A DNA stretch of 53,683 nt, the filler included, from Sphacelaria rigidula (lineage: Eukaryota): the NCBI GenBank assembly GCA_964200075.2. It is 4 parts of 4 records of this genome, joined end to end, with 100 filler letters (N's around TTAATTAATTAA, not from the genome) between each part and the next. Parts side by side here need not be neighbours in the genome. Positions count along the whole stretch, not along the records: positions 1 to 13,349 come from CAXNAA020002948.1; 3 more parts are not named here. One strand, given 5' to 3'. This document shows, piece by piece, positions 1 through 12,519 of this stretch (its first letter is position 1; each line of letters begins with the position of its first letter). The notes below the pieces were generated by a model. It had not been told where the DNA came from, ran no database searches, and saw only the letters and a program-made list of their open reading frames with translations. A program made the translations under genes and the position numbers.

Positions 1-9
1 ATACCCAAC

Positions 10-77
10 GCATCGGGAATTGAACCCCCGTTCTCTCCACCCTGATGGCGACAGTCGGACCATTACACCACCGGGGC
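10..77 (-). mobile_element. tRNA-derived SINE-like head (body runs off the contig start)
   Basis: Minus strand reads GCCCCGGTGGTGTAATGG (A-box-like) ... GGGGTTCAATTCCCG (B-box-like). No convincing acceptor stem. The 5' GCCCCGGTGG matches the SINE head ending at 4440. Confidence 0.55.
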
Positions 78-549
78 GCAATATATATGTGGAAATCATC
101 CCATGTATGCGCACAATTCACACCGGCGTACACATGTAAACTAGCAGGAAGAGATGGACACGTCACGAAAGCATGTTCCCTGAACGGCACGAGCGAGAGT
201 CCCCGAGGCACTCGCACCTGCTACGGGCAAACCTCCTGTGCCCCTAGTATGGCAGAGGCCGGCCGTATCTGTTTTTTGTTTAGTATTTTGTCTCTATTCG
301 TTTGTTTGTTTTTCCCTTCTTTTCTTAGTCTACTTTGCTTGTCTGTTCTACCTGTTCTGTTTTCCTCACTTTTCTTCAGCGAGTGTTTCAGTCTTGTTTT
401 TGTCTCGGGTACGTCTATCATGTGGATAATGACTACGGCTGGGCCATGACTACCTGAGGGATCTGCTAGGGTGCGACAATCAATCAACCAAATATACTCC
501 ATCAATCAACGTAGGTAACCAGCAGAACATGGCAAAAAAGGTCAGGGTG

Positions 550-796
550 ATGCTACGGTAGGGGTGTACAATCTTTTTCTGAGGTTAGAATTGTTAGGAG
601 CCCTTTATCTCAACCAAAACACGACTTATGAAATATGTGAGAATACTCCAGGATTACTATATCCCAATGTGCTGGGGATATCCCGAAAAAAATGCAAACG
701 AGGATGCCGTGACCCATATTCATGTGCATCTAGATTTGTTAGGAGCCCCTGAACCAGACAAGAGCTTGCGCAAAAAGTGCACCCCTACCGTAGCAT
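550..796. mobile_element. MITE-like element, family A, copy 1
   Basis: 20-bp inverted repeats with 1 mismatch: ATGCTACGGTAGGGGTGTAC (550-569) and GTGCACCCCTACCGTAGCAT (777-796). Related copies at about 8432-8688 and 9277-9496. Confidence 0.7.
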
Positions 797-1411
797 TGCT
801 CCTCAATATTACAGAGAAGACATGCTTACGAAAGCACTTTGCCTATCATCCAGCTCACGGTCGATCCAGAGTACGCCTCGCTTTGAAGGAATTACCTTCG
901 GCGACATGACTACGACAGCAACGTTCAGCAGGAAAGACCGTGGACCCCTCCTCGTCGGAACCTTTCATAGTTGTATCGTAGGTGCATACAAGAGACATTC
1001 CTGCATATATGCCGCACCTATTGTATATATACATATATATTCTTGATTTCCTGCATCCAAACTCCCGTGCAATATCAACATGTTTAGGGTCAGGGTTAGC
1101 GAATATATATACAATAGCATAGAGAGACGACAGACGCAACGGGCATCGATGCCAAATGGAAACATGCGTACTGCTATTCAACGCATTCAACAATTTCCTC
1201 CCAGGGGATGCAGCGGCAGTCGCAAACTTTACGAATACGACATTCGCGAAGTTCACGAAAAACCCGCCCCAGGAGTCCAACGAAATCGCTGGTTGGTAAT
1301 GATCCCAAACCCCGAGCATCTCAACATCAGGGGTACGAGAAGAGGGCGTCTTGGTTGCACAGGAAATATTGTAGTCTGATCCATTTTCAAGCGTTGTGTT
1401 CCGTGTCTCAC

Positions 1412-4400
1412 CGCGTTTCGAAGCTCTTCCTTGAGGCTCGCCACCTCGCCCTCTAGCACGTCACGGGTGCGCTCCAACTCGGCCTGAGTTACCCTCCGAT
1501 CCTAATGTGTCAAATAGACAGCGGCGGGGAGTATGCAGACTATTACGGCCACCAAATTCGATGTTAGAGTGAACGTTTACAGCCGTGTGCCTAGCCAAGT
1601 CGCGAGGGCAGAATTTCAATGCGGCATCACTCCAACGGTGGGCGCTTGCGGCTGACGGAGCGAAGGTACAAATTCACCAGAAGGCAAACGCTGTTGGGTT
1701 ATTGAACGGGGGACAAGATCAACAGGACAGAAGACGATATTGTTACGTACCATGCGCACACAGGGTGTAGAACACGGGTCGTCTCAACCGTTTTGTCGTT
1801 GTTGGACGCGACGAATGCGTCGTGATCCCGGATGTATGGAGTATGTTCGTGTTGATGAATGAGCGCCTGCACTAGGTAGCTCACCTCGTTCGCAGAATCC
1901 AATGCTTCCTGCAGCCTCTCCACCTGCCGCGATAAATCTCGCTTGGTTTCCGCCAGTGTCTGTTTGATTATATCCAGGTCGTCTTGCGTGGCTTGTCGTC
2001 GCTCTGCTTCTTTTGCCAGTCTAGCATTTAGACTTGCCGTTCGCGATCGTTCGTGGATGATTTTCTCTTCCAGTTCGGCCATTTGCTTTGCTGATGCTTC
2101 CATCTTTTACGCAACAGGAGTGAGAATATCCGGAATGGGGATTGGTCGGCTCTGTTGCGGGAGATCGATACGGCTCAAGGTGGACCGGAACGGTAACGCG
2201 AACGCTAGATTTTACTGCAAGTTACGTATCACGTCGATTTCTTTTCGCGCTCCATCTGTTTTGCGTTTCTCTGCGTAACTCAAGACGGCTTTCCCGCTCT
2301 ATGCGACGAAAAGCAACAGGAGCACGCGATATCAGCAAGTGAAGTTAATGTGACTACCATGTGCAGTGCTACTGTCTGTGCTGAAGTAGTCAGTACACCT
2401 GCCGCTCGCAGTCCAAGCGAGATCTGGCGGAGTCCTCTTTGCCCTTGATGATGTCTTCCTGTAACTTTCGTTCTTTCTCCCGCTCAGCGCGTCTGTGTGC
2501 CTTTTTGATTGAGCGATACAAACGGGAGAGACAAGACGGTCAGAACGAGTTCAAGCACTTGTCGTAAGATGGAACATTGGACTGGATTCAGTATAGGAAG
2601 ACGCATCTGCAAGTCTACCCGACTCGACAAGGCGTGCAGTACCCGAGCTCACTTTCTATTGGCTTACTGCTGAGGCACTGTTCCCGGGCGAAATCTTTCC
2701 TCTTGGATATTCCTCGTCGGTGTCCACAGTAACCCCTGGACAGAGCGTAGCCGTACCACGTCACATACCATCCACCAGAATGAAATATTTGTGACACCGA
2801 CCTCTCACACACATAGTGTCTACTCACAACGGTACAGCATCCACCCGCACGCTCTCCACGCGGCAGCGTTGCAATGATTTTACAATGAGTGCGACATGCG
2901 TGTTCAGATTATTCATTCAAAGAAGTTTAAGATAAGCATGTAGATGATGCTTGAGCGATGTCAGTCGCGCTGTGATGGTAAGCACGTGTATCGAAAAGTA
3001 CCGGTGTATCGGGTTTTCTCCCGTTTATCCACGTCTCTACCCACGTCCACACCTCTTCCTCAGCGGCCTGGCGTCGCAGCCGTGCCTCGAGCTGCTCGGC
3101 CTTGCCTCGTGTGACGTGCAAATTGTCCAGCAAAGCTGTTTGGGCCATCGCTCCCGACTTCCGGTCATTGATGACGGCCTGAATATTCTCCAACAAGTAC
3201 TCATCTACCTGTTGCGTGACGTGGTTGTGGTTGGGTACAAAGGAATGTCAGCGAGAAAACGACAGGTGTATTGTTCGGACACTATAATTAGCGGGCATGT
3301 GTTGTGCGTGTACCTTTATCCACTTCACGCATGCCCAGAGCGGGACCTCGTGAGACTTTGGCAGCGAATGATGTTTTCTTCGGCCTTGTATGAAAGCGCT
3401 CCAATCTTTCGTAAAACGGACAGGACATCCCAACACGCCGATCTTATGGAATGTTGGTGTATCAACGAACTGCCTAACGTTATACGGAACGGTTGTTGTG
3501 GGCACATCGTGAAGGTCAACGTGAAACAATGAGCGGAAAACGCGCACGAGTCGGCGGCCATGCCTCGGGACGTTTTGAAGAATTGAGAGACAAATTTTAC
3601 ACTCGAGTTCCTGAAGGAAGATCCTGAATCGTTTGTCAGAAACGGACACGAACAAGTTCGTCTCCCAGGTCTCGAAAATGACATGAAAAACGGAGCTACT
3701 ACGAGCATTAACGGAGGATGTGTACACGCTGGGCTACGGGGACTCCAGGATTCATATTTGGTTCATGTTTCAAGTAGTTTTCGAGAGATGGGAGGTGCAA
3801 ATCACACTTGTAGTCCTGAAGGCGAACACACCCTGGACAATAAATGATAGACACCGCAATATCCACAGAATTTACCGCAATAGACACGAATACCGTGGCC
3901 GGGAAGAGCTATCGATCGACAGATTTCTCTGTCTGTTGCTGTCGTTCATGTCTATAGATACTGTAAACCCGTTTCCCACGCTATTGCCCAGGCAACAATC
4001 TCTTGTGGTCCTACATCGAAAGCTATATTGCCGCTGACCGAAACTATTGAAAGACAGCTTTCCAAATTCATTGATTGCGCCAAAGGCTATCGATAGACCG
4101 TGTGTGTGTGTTGTCGTCCCTTCCATTCTGGACGCCCGTCTACACCTTTCGGTATATGTGGCCGCATCAGCGGAGGTCACACAGGAGCAAGGTCAACACA
4201 ATGCTATTTTTTTCTTAGTACTCCATTTTCCTTCTGCGGTGCTTGCCTTCATTTTTTATCACGAGAGGGGTTCAGCAGTCGCTTTCCCCTGTCGACCGTC
4301 AAGTCAAGTTTTGTGTATCCACGACATAGTCGCTCTCCACCGTTGGGCAGTGTGTGAGAAAAATCCCAGATCGCTCCGAGATTTGAGCCCGCGACCCAAC

Positions 4401-7400
4401 CGCCAGAAGGTTTCGAGGTTAGCAACTGAGCCACCGGGGCACTGTGTGCCGCCAGAAGGTTTCGAGGTTAGCAACTGAGCCACCGGGGCACTGTGTGCCA
4501 CATGTATTGCTGACGGCAATGGCTATCGATCTATTGTGAAACAAGTTTATTGGCGGCGACAATGACTATTGATGAATTGCGTGCAAAATCTGGTGATGAC
4601 AATGGGTATCGATAGACACATACCAGAACTTATTATGGTATGGGATGTCTACTGATAAGTATTCTCCGTCGTTTATTGCCACACCTAAAGTCCTCTGTAC
4701 CGATTGTGTTTAGAGCATGTATTCGATTGAAGACAGTGGAGAGGACACAGTTGAACATGCGGTGGGTTTATGATTGTACTACTTATGAAAATATGACGTC
4801 GCGGTTCTACGAATTCGGAACGGTCGTGTGTCGTAGGAACCGGCGACATGTGCGGACAGAAAATTACGAGTTTTGCTCATGGTGTGGTGTTGGTACTCAG
4901 GGCTGTCCCTCTGATGGACGAAAGCGCGTAAAATACTTCTTGTGTGTGGGTGAGATGTGCTTGTACGCTGGACAACAGGCTGTGCAATAGAACATTGCGG
5001 CCACAATAGCCCCGAAAATGTGGCTGTCGATGTCCATTGTCCGCCGCAATCGACTGGCGCCGCTTTCTGTCGATAGCTTTTGTGGGAACAATAGCAACAA
5101 TAGATTCGGGACAAGAGGGATAATGTATCATTGTCATGACAATGGAGTGGCCAAGTCGTCTATCGATATATGCTGTTTGTTGCGGTAGGCTCTGGATTGC
5201 GGCCACCAATATCTACTGCTAATCACGGTAGGGTCTACATTGTGGCCACCAATGCATATCGCTGGTCACAGTAGGATCTGAATCGCGGTCACTAATGTCC
5301 ATTGCTGATCAGAACAGGAGCTAAATGGCGTCGATCGATAGTTTTAATTACACACCATCCGGCAGATGTTTCCACCTTCCACAAAAGCTGTTGCCAGCTA
5401 TCGCCTCAGGTAATTGCGTGTTGTGTCAGAGCTTCTGCCGTTGATGCCGAAAAACCATTGCAGTTACCAATGCTTAAAAATATAGTGACTCCGACCCTAT
5501 CATTGGTGGCGTGGGCTATCAATATATGTTCCCTAAAATGAGTTGTCCATTTTTGACAGCAATGGGTATCGATAGATGGCTCACCAAATCTGTTGATGGC
5601 GGCGATGTCTAATGATAGATGGCATACCAAATCTATTGATTACGGAAATGACTATCGATGGATACATCCCAGAATCAATTGCGGTTTACAATGCCCACCA
5701 ATGTCCAATGACCTTCACCATTTGTAATTGCGACAGACTATTCATCAACACCTGCAACATTTATTGTCCCTCGCATTATGTACCGATAGATTTGTTTCAC
5801 GATCACAACTTATTGTATTCAACAATATGTAGTCATATCGATAGGTTCCCCCCCGTGTCAATTATTGAAGTAATTGACTACTGTTGTATTGATTGTGCGG
5901 ACTGTGATAGTAATCCTAAGGTCGCCCGTGCTTGAACTTTTGCTTCATTGAGTTTCATCTATTTCATGGGTCCTGAACTGCTAGGAATGAATGTATCCCC
6001 TACTATTCGAAAAGCCCGGCGCAAATCAACGAACCGGAAAATTACGTCGAGAATGTGGGATACATTATGATCGTGGACCCGAAGAAGCCGATGAAATACA
6101 GTTAAGCACAGAACACCGGAGCACTCGTGTTGAGAGGAGTATTTTCAGCATGTGATGTCAACGCTCCACATCATGGTATCCCACCCAACTTCAGGGGGTA
6201 GCTATATAGTGCTTCCTCTGAAAAGTTTGAGAAGAGAATCGGAGGGGAAGACCTTAACCGGCAGGAAGTTCAATAGGAGATGTGGTAGAACTAACGATAT
6301 CGTGGATTCTGTCAAGGGAACACCAGAGGCATCTGAAGCCGTTGCACACCTCAGCCACTCTTTCCTCGCCTCTGATTTCGTATAGGTCACTGTCCTCAAG
6401 AGTGTACTGCTCTCGAGTGGTAACTTCCAACATAATCTTTTGCTCATCCACGGCACAGCGAGTCCTCTAGGCCCGCTCAACCACCACCAGCGCCAGCCTT
6501 TGCAGCCACCGACGGAGTTAGTTTTTTCAGGACGGTTCAACAGCTGGCAACCTGGGGCTTGATTCGGGAACACCTGTGTCATGTATCTCTTTCTAAATCT
6601 CAAAAACAGCCTACGGAGAAGTAGAGCGGACGAGATATTGTTCCGAGGATATGCGGCATATCATATCTTGGGTTTTTACTAAATGAGTGAAGCCGCGTGA
6701 GAAGAAACATCCAGATACCGGCGACCTCGAGTTTAACTGAGGAACAACTGTATGGAATATTTTCCCTTGTATTCTCAACGTTTTCACCCGCCAGGGTAGG
6801 CGATCTGTTGAGTCAGCATCAGTTTGCCTTATTTTCAAGCGTAAATGATTCCGATTCAACAGATCACTTACCCTAGCGGTCAAAGGGTCAACATCGGCCT
6901 GGGAAATGAACCGAACGTGACAGTATTCCGAGATTGTGGGTTATGTGGTGAGGTTGAGACGAGGAATTCGCATTTCTTCGGCCATAGATGGTGGCATACG
7001 TGACTCAACCCTTTTTATCCTTTCGTGGGCTACGAACCACGCTCAAGCCGTTCTACGGTTTTGAGCTGACTGTACTCGGCGGTTTGCGGTGCATAGTAAG
7101 TGTAAAAACATGTAGCGTCTTTACGAGGACGCAACCCGAAAACAGCGACGTGGATCGCTTTGGGTATTCACCTCACTACATTCTACATAATTCGAGATCC
7201 CCTGTTGTGTTGCCGCTACCGGCTTACCACGGCTCGTCACGGATACGGAGGTGCTACTGCAGTGATTCCTGCATCCAAAGATGTATTTAGATGGTTTATT
7301 GGTTTTTTTCTACTTTGTGTTTGCGAAGAAATCGTTGCGCGACATCATTCGGGGATTCGTCTCCGAGTCGGCTCGTGAAATACCCGCGCGGTGACGAGCA

Positions 7401-10400
7401 TGTCTCGTCTGCGTGATATTCTGTGAACTCAGTTGCCTTCATTCTTCGTTCACGAAGTTCAATATTTGTCGAATTTTGACTTCTAAAATCCAGAGGATGT
7501 CTTCGGTAGTACCTGATCCTCTCTTTCCGCGCCTAAGATATTCGTTCCGTGTGTTCTTTTGATATGTAGTTCCTTCAAAGTGCTGTAGTGGTGGATACAG
7601 AATGCACGTGATCTTACCCCAACCCTAATCTGGCATGAGAGAGCGAGATCACGCACAACCGACAACTTGCAATGTTAGTCTCAAGTTACTCATATTCGCC
7701 TTGTCAAACCTGACTGACGAAGCTGTACAACTTAGTAACACAGGGTTCCCCCGGCCGAGTGTGCTTTGCCGAGATCACGAATGGGAGCCCAGCGTACCAT
7801 TCGCCGTGAGCCATTGTAGAGACCTCAAAGTGCCAATGTCACCACACTTTGTACAACACCATCTCGATGTTGACAACAGGTGTGCCCGGAAACAGCATAC
7901 CCCTCGATTCGCACGCTTCTGCTATCTGAATGAAGCTGATTCGCAGTTCTGAACACCGTGATAATCTCGCACGCATGCAACTACGCTACGCAGATTGCGT
8001 GCTCGCACGACAGCAGAGTGTGTGTGTTGGACGCGTTCAATAGTGTAAATATCACCACCTCACTGCAGCGTAGACAGTTTACTTGAAGCTCGCCTACGAG
8101 TCGATGTTACGGTGGCGCTACTCCTATGCATACCTTGTTTCCAGAAAGCTTCAATGATGTCAAAGCACGGTTCGTCTCCAGGCTATTTCGAAGTGCGCGG
8201 GCCCCATCGTTGCCCACTTCGTTCCATCGTAGGTCCAACTCGTTTAACGTGTTGTTGGCCCTCAGCGCTCGCGCCAGACATCTGGCTCCCTGCCAAGGAA
8301 ATGCAATGCATGGTTGGCGCGCTCTCACACCTCGTCTTACGGGGTAGATTGAGCCTCTTTCTGCTTGCATATCGAGATAATTCCGATGAGTTCATCCCCG
8401 AATGTTGCTCCGCCTAATACTCTACACAAGGGACTCATGTCACGGTAGGGTTGAAGAAATATTTATTATCAGGTTTGAATTGGTACAAGCCCTTTATCTC
8501 ATCTAAACACGACCTACGAAATACGTGAGAGGACGTAACGATTAGCATTCCAATTGGCGAGAGATATCTCAAATGGACTTTGAAACGGGGAGGTCCTGAC
8601 TCATACTCTTGTGTAGCCCCTTACTTGAGGAGTTCCTCACTGAGAAAGATCTGGGCCCAAATGTGCAACCCCTCCCATGGCATGACTCTAGACTAACGTT
8701 GTAAGGCGGGATTTTACAACTTTAGAATGGATATTTAATAGGATGAACCTTGGGAACTTCTGTGAGCATCGAAATATATTCGAGATAATAATACAAATGA
8801 ACTCCCCGGCCGTGATGTGTGGCTACGCTTATTCCAGACGGAATTCATCCGCAATTTGTGAAATACCGTGTTTGTGCCGTTTTTTTTTTTATCTTCATTT
8901 TATTTTCCACAAAAATAATGTTATTATCGTCAAAATCCCCATCAACACGGGATTTTACAAATTGCGGATCGTTTTTTTCAGGATGAGCGAGACCATACAT
9001 CACGACCGGACAATGTATTTGCATGTTGTTTGCGATAATATGCCAATGCTTATCAGCCCTTAGATGGTGAGAGTAGATGATATGTTGAATTCGACAGCAC
9101 TTCATTTGAAAAAGGTATGCATGATCCGGATGGATTACGCTCGTGGTCTATGGGTTAAGGTCCCCAAGATTCATCCTCAATTGAATATAATATACATCCT
9201 CAATTTTCATGATCCCGTGTTTCATGCTCAAAAAGAGGATTCAAACAACTCTCCAATTTATCCAGCCGGCGAGTGCTGCTACGGTAGAGTTGCACACATT
9301 TTTTCTGAGGTTAGAATTGTCATGAGCCTTCATCTCATCCAAAACATGACTAATGAAATACTGTATGTGAGAGTTCGTCAGGATGAATATTCCAATGTGC
9401 TATCGTAGGGATATCCTGAATATATTTGCAAATGGGGATGCCCTGACCCTGAACCAGACAAGATTTCGCGCAAAAAGTGCACTCCTACCGTAGCATTGCT
9501 CCGGCACAGAAAATTTCTCGAGTCTGATCTCATCCAGCTAGGCCGAGAACTAACCCGCACCGGGACTTACGTGAGTGAGCGTTCTTTGCTTTGTTATCGT
9601 ATGAACCAACGTCAAAGCACGAGATGAATTCCTTGATTGCAGTTCACTTGATTTGAAGTCCAGCCTTGTAGTATTCATGCATGTGCTCACCTCAGCGGTG
9701 ATGTGATTGTTGCAAAGAACAAGAGTTGTCAAGGACGCATTGACTTCAAGTCCATCGGCAAGTGATTGGATGCCTTGCTCGAACGTTCCAACGTTGTTCC
9801 ACTCCAGACTCAGCAGCGAGATGGAGTTGTTCACCTGTCGACCGCCACGGCCAGCATGCGGCGAAACGCATATGCTCATGCAGTAGTGCAGAAGAAGCGA
9901 CCAACCAAACAGCATTGATGATAGTTGAATGACGGTAAAACACATTTTAGCCCACACGGTACAGCAGGATGCACATCTCTGCTGATGAGGGATGAAGACC
10001 ACACGGCGGCAGCTGCCTTTGCACACATCTCTTGACATTCCTCCAAGAAGGGTGCATCCTTGCAACCTTAGCCGCTCAAAGCGCTTGGCCTTGGTGTTGA
10101 CGTGTCACCTAGTCTGCCCAGCGTCACTAAATCAGGAACACCAAAAGCACTACTCCCGTGGAACATACCTTGAGCATATCTCCAAGTGCCACCGCTCCGT
10201 CAGCTCCAACGCAGCTCCGATCGAGGAAAATGCGCGTCTTCGAAGTGTTGTTGTATAGCGCGTCCGCTATCTGCCGCACAGCCGCATCTCCAACAAAGCT
10301 GTCGGCAAAGTTCGCATCAGAACTGTGGGCGTCCCCGCCAAGTTTCAGCAAATTTTTGTCAACCCCTTCCGAGTCTATTGTGACCGTCATACCTTCGTCG

Positions 10401-10549
10401 ATATCCGCCCCCACCCTTCGAAAAGAAACGTGAGTGTGGCTTGAACTATAAGCACCACAAGTCCTGAACACAAAACCACGAAGATCGGGCAGAGATCTTC
10501 TGCCGTTGGACAATTTTTCAATTATCGCCGAGAAATGGTCATTTTCCAT
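1412..10549 (-). CDS. LRRC45: LRRC45-like leucine-rich repeat (RI-like) plus coiled-coil protein, 3'-partial
   Basis: Phase-compatible GT-AG exons: 10549-10169, 9834-9691, 8289-8134, 3208-3053, 2735-2668 (less certain), 2492-2399, 2103-1885, 1501-1412. LRRs 'NNSISLLSLEWNNVG', 'NASLTTLVLCNNHI', 'NNTLNELDLRWNEVGNDGARAL' and 'NRALTSLKLSGNK' resemble LRRC45 (SLTLEWN, LDLRWNNVG) and are followed by an E/R/K-rich coiled coil. Confidence 0.75.
4100..4440 (-). mobile_element. tRNA-derived SINE, family B, copy 1
   Basis: Head GCCCCGGTGGCTCAGTTG...GGGCTCAAATCTC; body ends in an (AC)n tail. Colinear with the copy at 41108-41459 (shared GAAGGCAAGCAC, CTCCTGTGTGAC, GCTGATGCG, AAGGTGTAGA). Confidence 0.8.
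4400..4497. repeat. Perfect 49-bp tandem duplication over the SINE 5' end
   Basis: CCGCCAGAAGGTTTCGAGGTTAGCAACTGAGCCACCGGGGCACTGTGTG occurs at 4400-4448 and again at 4449-4497. Confidence 0.95.
8432..8688. mobile_element. MITE-like element, family A, diverged copy 2
   Basis: Shares CACGGTAGGG, AGCCCTTTATCTCA..AAACACGAC and GAAATA.GTGAGA with copy 1. Imperfect terminal inverted repeats. Confidence 0.55.
9277..9496. mobile_element. MITE-like element, family A, copy 3
   Basis: TGCTACGGTAG...TTTTCTGAGGTTAGAATTGT...CCTGAACCAGACAAGA...GCAAAAAGTGCACTCCTACCGTAGCATTGCTCC, colinear with 550-800 but with an internal deletion. Confidence 0.7.
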
Positions 10550-10929
10550 TATGCTACCTCCTTCCGTGTTGCTCAGTTGTCATTTCTATCGGTCCACTGT
10601 TCAGCACAACTGTAGTGTTGGTGGTTCGATATGGCGGCTCGTCGACTGGCAGGCTTTACCTTTTTTTCGGTTGCGTGTGGTTGTCAGGTATGATACTGCA
10701 GAGAAAGAGAGGGGTGAGAAAGACAACCAAACGCCTGCAGGCGACGAACTTGAAAAAAACATGCTGTAAGCAGTATTCGTACTGTTGTGTAGTCTAACGC
10801 ACGTATCTGTACGGTACGCACGCTGAAAGCATGAGCTCGTGTGAAGTCACGACGATAGCAGGGGGGGAAATATCGGATGCTGTCAACAGCTTGTTCCACC
10901 CACGTAACCCTAGCAATAATTTAGGTGTT
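10550..10929. promoter_or_regulatory. Putative bidirectional promoter region
   Basis: Only 380 bp separate the divergent ATGs at 10549 (-) and 10930 (+). No specific elements identified. Confidence 0.45.
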
Positions 10930-12153
10930 ATGCGACTCAATATTATTGCGTGGGCCTGCACTCTGACTGGTATCCTGCCGACTGCAGCGGTGAGTGCAGT
11001 GCTCATTTCGGAAGAGTTTTTCAAACTTTCAAGTATACTGGATAGAACAGACACCACCAGTATCGAAAAGTTAGAAGTGCAAGCGGCAACACATCTCACA
11101 CGCGCCAACTGAGTGTTGAACGAAATTGTGATTGATCTTTGCTCGCATTTGCACGCGAATTTCACCCTCTCAGGCCCTCGCACCATCGTTCCTGTTCCCT
11201 ACCGCGAATAGTAGGCATCGCACAGCAGCGTCGCGACCCTCCGCCGCTTCCTCGCGGTACCCAGTCACAACCACTCCTGAAAACGTGCCGAACCTTGCAG
11301 TTCTACCAACATCACCACGGGCGGGCAAAACGAAAACAGCCGCGGCCGAGGATCGCTTATGGGACTGCAGCAGTTTGCATAAAACAGCAAAAAGCGTCGC
11401 CTGCGGTGGCGCGGCGGCGGGCCTGTTGGCGTTGTCGTTGATGGTCGCGCACCCAGTGCGAGCGCTCGCAGACAGCATGCCCGGCATGGCATCGGGTTGC
11501 AGCTCAACGACCAACGTTAGCGGATACACAATAGTGACTTGTGACCGGCAGGGGCTGGACCGGGATGGGAGGTTGCTTGGGTGCAGGTGTGTCTCAATAT
11601 TTTTACACACAGTGCAACAGCTGTATACAGCGGTGGTTGTCCGCCACCGAGGACACATTTCTCAGATTTCGGTTGACGAGGCATACGTGGTCGATGTCGA
11701 CGAGATTTCCGCAGGTCAATTGCCGTAGACTTGATGCACTGTGACTTGCGTCGCCCGTAAGCTCGAGTCGACGGCTGTACATGCTGTGCGAAAGCCGCGG
11801 GGAGAAAGTTGAAGATGAAGATGAGCACTTGCTTCCCCTCATTAGTTAGACTCTGACGTGCTACCATGGGCTTATGCTCAAGCTTTGGCCATGTGCACAT
11901 GTCTCGTCGTGCCCAACCTCTCTTCTTCTCATTATCGGGAATGAAAACACACAGCTCTTCGGAAAATTGCGTGAGCACATCCGCAGTCAGGGTGCCCGGT
12001 AAGTTAGGCAGTCCTTGGGAATATGCGCGACAGACCGGCGATGCGGATCGTGCGTTTGCCTCCTTGGTTCGGGCCGTGGAGGGCGCTTCAGGCGCCACGA
12101 TCAAGACGATCGACACAAAGGCTCACTACCTGTCGGCGCAGTTTCCATCGAAG
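10930..12153 (+). CDS. DUF1499-like plastid thylakoid-lumen protein, 3'-partial
   Basis: Exons 10930-10989, 11174-11586 and 11955-12153 are phase-compatible. Signal peptide MRLNIIAWACTLTGILPTAAA|LAP, then an S/R/T-rich transit peptide, then a second hydrophobic signal ending VRALA|DS. 'LLGCSSSENCVSTS...PW.Y...HYLSAQFPSK' is typical of DUF1499. Confidence 0.7.
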
Positions 12154-12519
12154 GTGAGCGTGCAAAAGTCCATGTCTTACGAATATTAATGTTCTAATAG
12201 TGCCACTTCCTAGGCCGCCTCTTCCGTGGATGTAGATTTTTAGCTCGATTTCCAGTGCGAGCACGAATGACGTGAAAAGTTGACCCCCGTCACCAACGAC
12301 AGCAACATGACGATCACGGTCTACGTCATACCCCAAGTCTCCATAAACTGCTTCAGTAAGTTTTTCGGTGCCTCAAGCGAGAAGGCTGACTTCAACCGCT
12401 GCTGCGTGGAGAGAGGTAGGTCGTGAAGATATGGACTGTAGCGCAGCGGCGTGAAAGCACAGAAAAATGGGCACTTGTGCCGATGGGGTTTTCGAGAAGA
12501 TATTCGACTGAGAAAAAGT

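Larger units (their letters stand above)
3840..5860. repeat. Degenerate minisatellite-like tract with recurring (C)TATCGATAG palindromic cores
   Basis: Cores recur near 3910, 4088, 4523, 4606, 5160, 5332, 5567, 5652 and 5836 in a similar context (aatggctatcgatagac...aaatctattg). The tract is interrupted by a SINE. Confidence 0.55.

Noticed and set aside
10-77. Functional tRNA gene (also considered at 4365-4440, 28465-28540, 40700-40780, 41108-41180, 48245-48320)
   Set aside because: A/B boxes are present but there is no proper cloverleaf or acceptor stem, and most heads continue into shared repeat bodies, so they are SINE-type.
3840-5860. CRISPR-like array of palindromic repeats
   Set aside because: The repeats are degenerate and irregularly spaced, lie in a eukaryotic intron, and have no cas genes nearby.
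6150-6900. Possible Ty3/gypsy integrase C-terminus or chromodomain remnant
   Set aside because: Only a vague peptide resemblance and no diagnostic motif.
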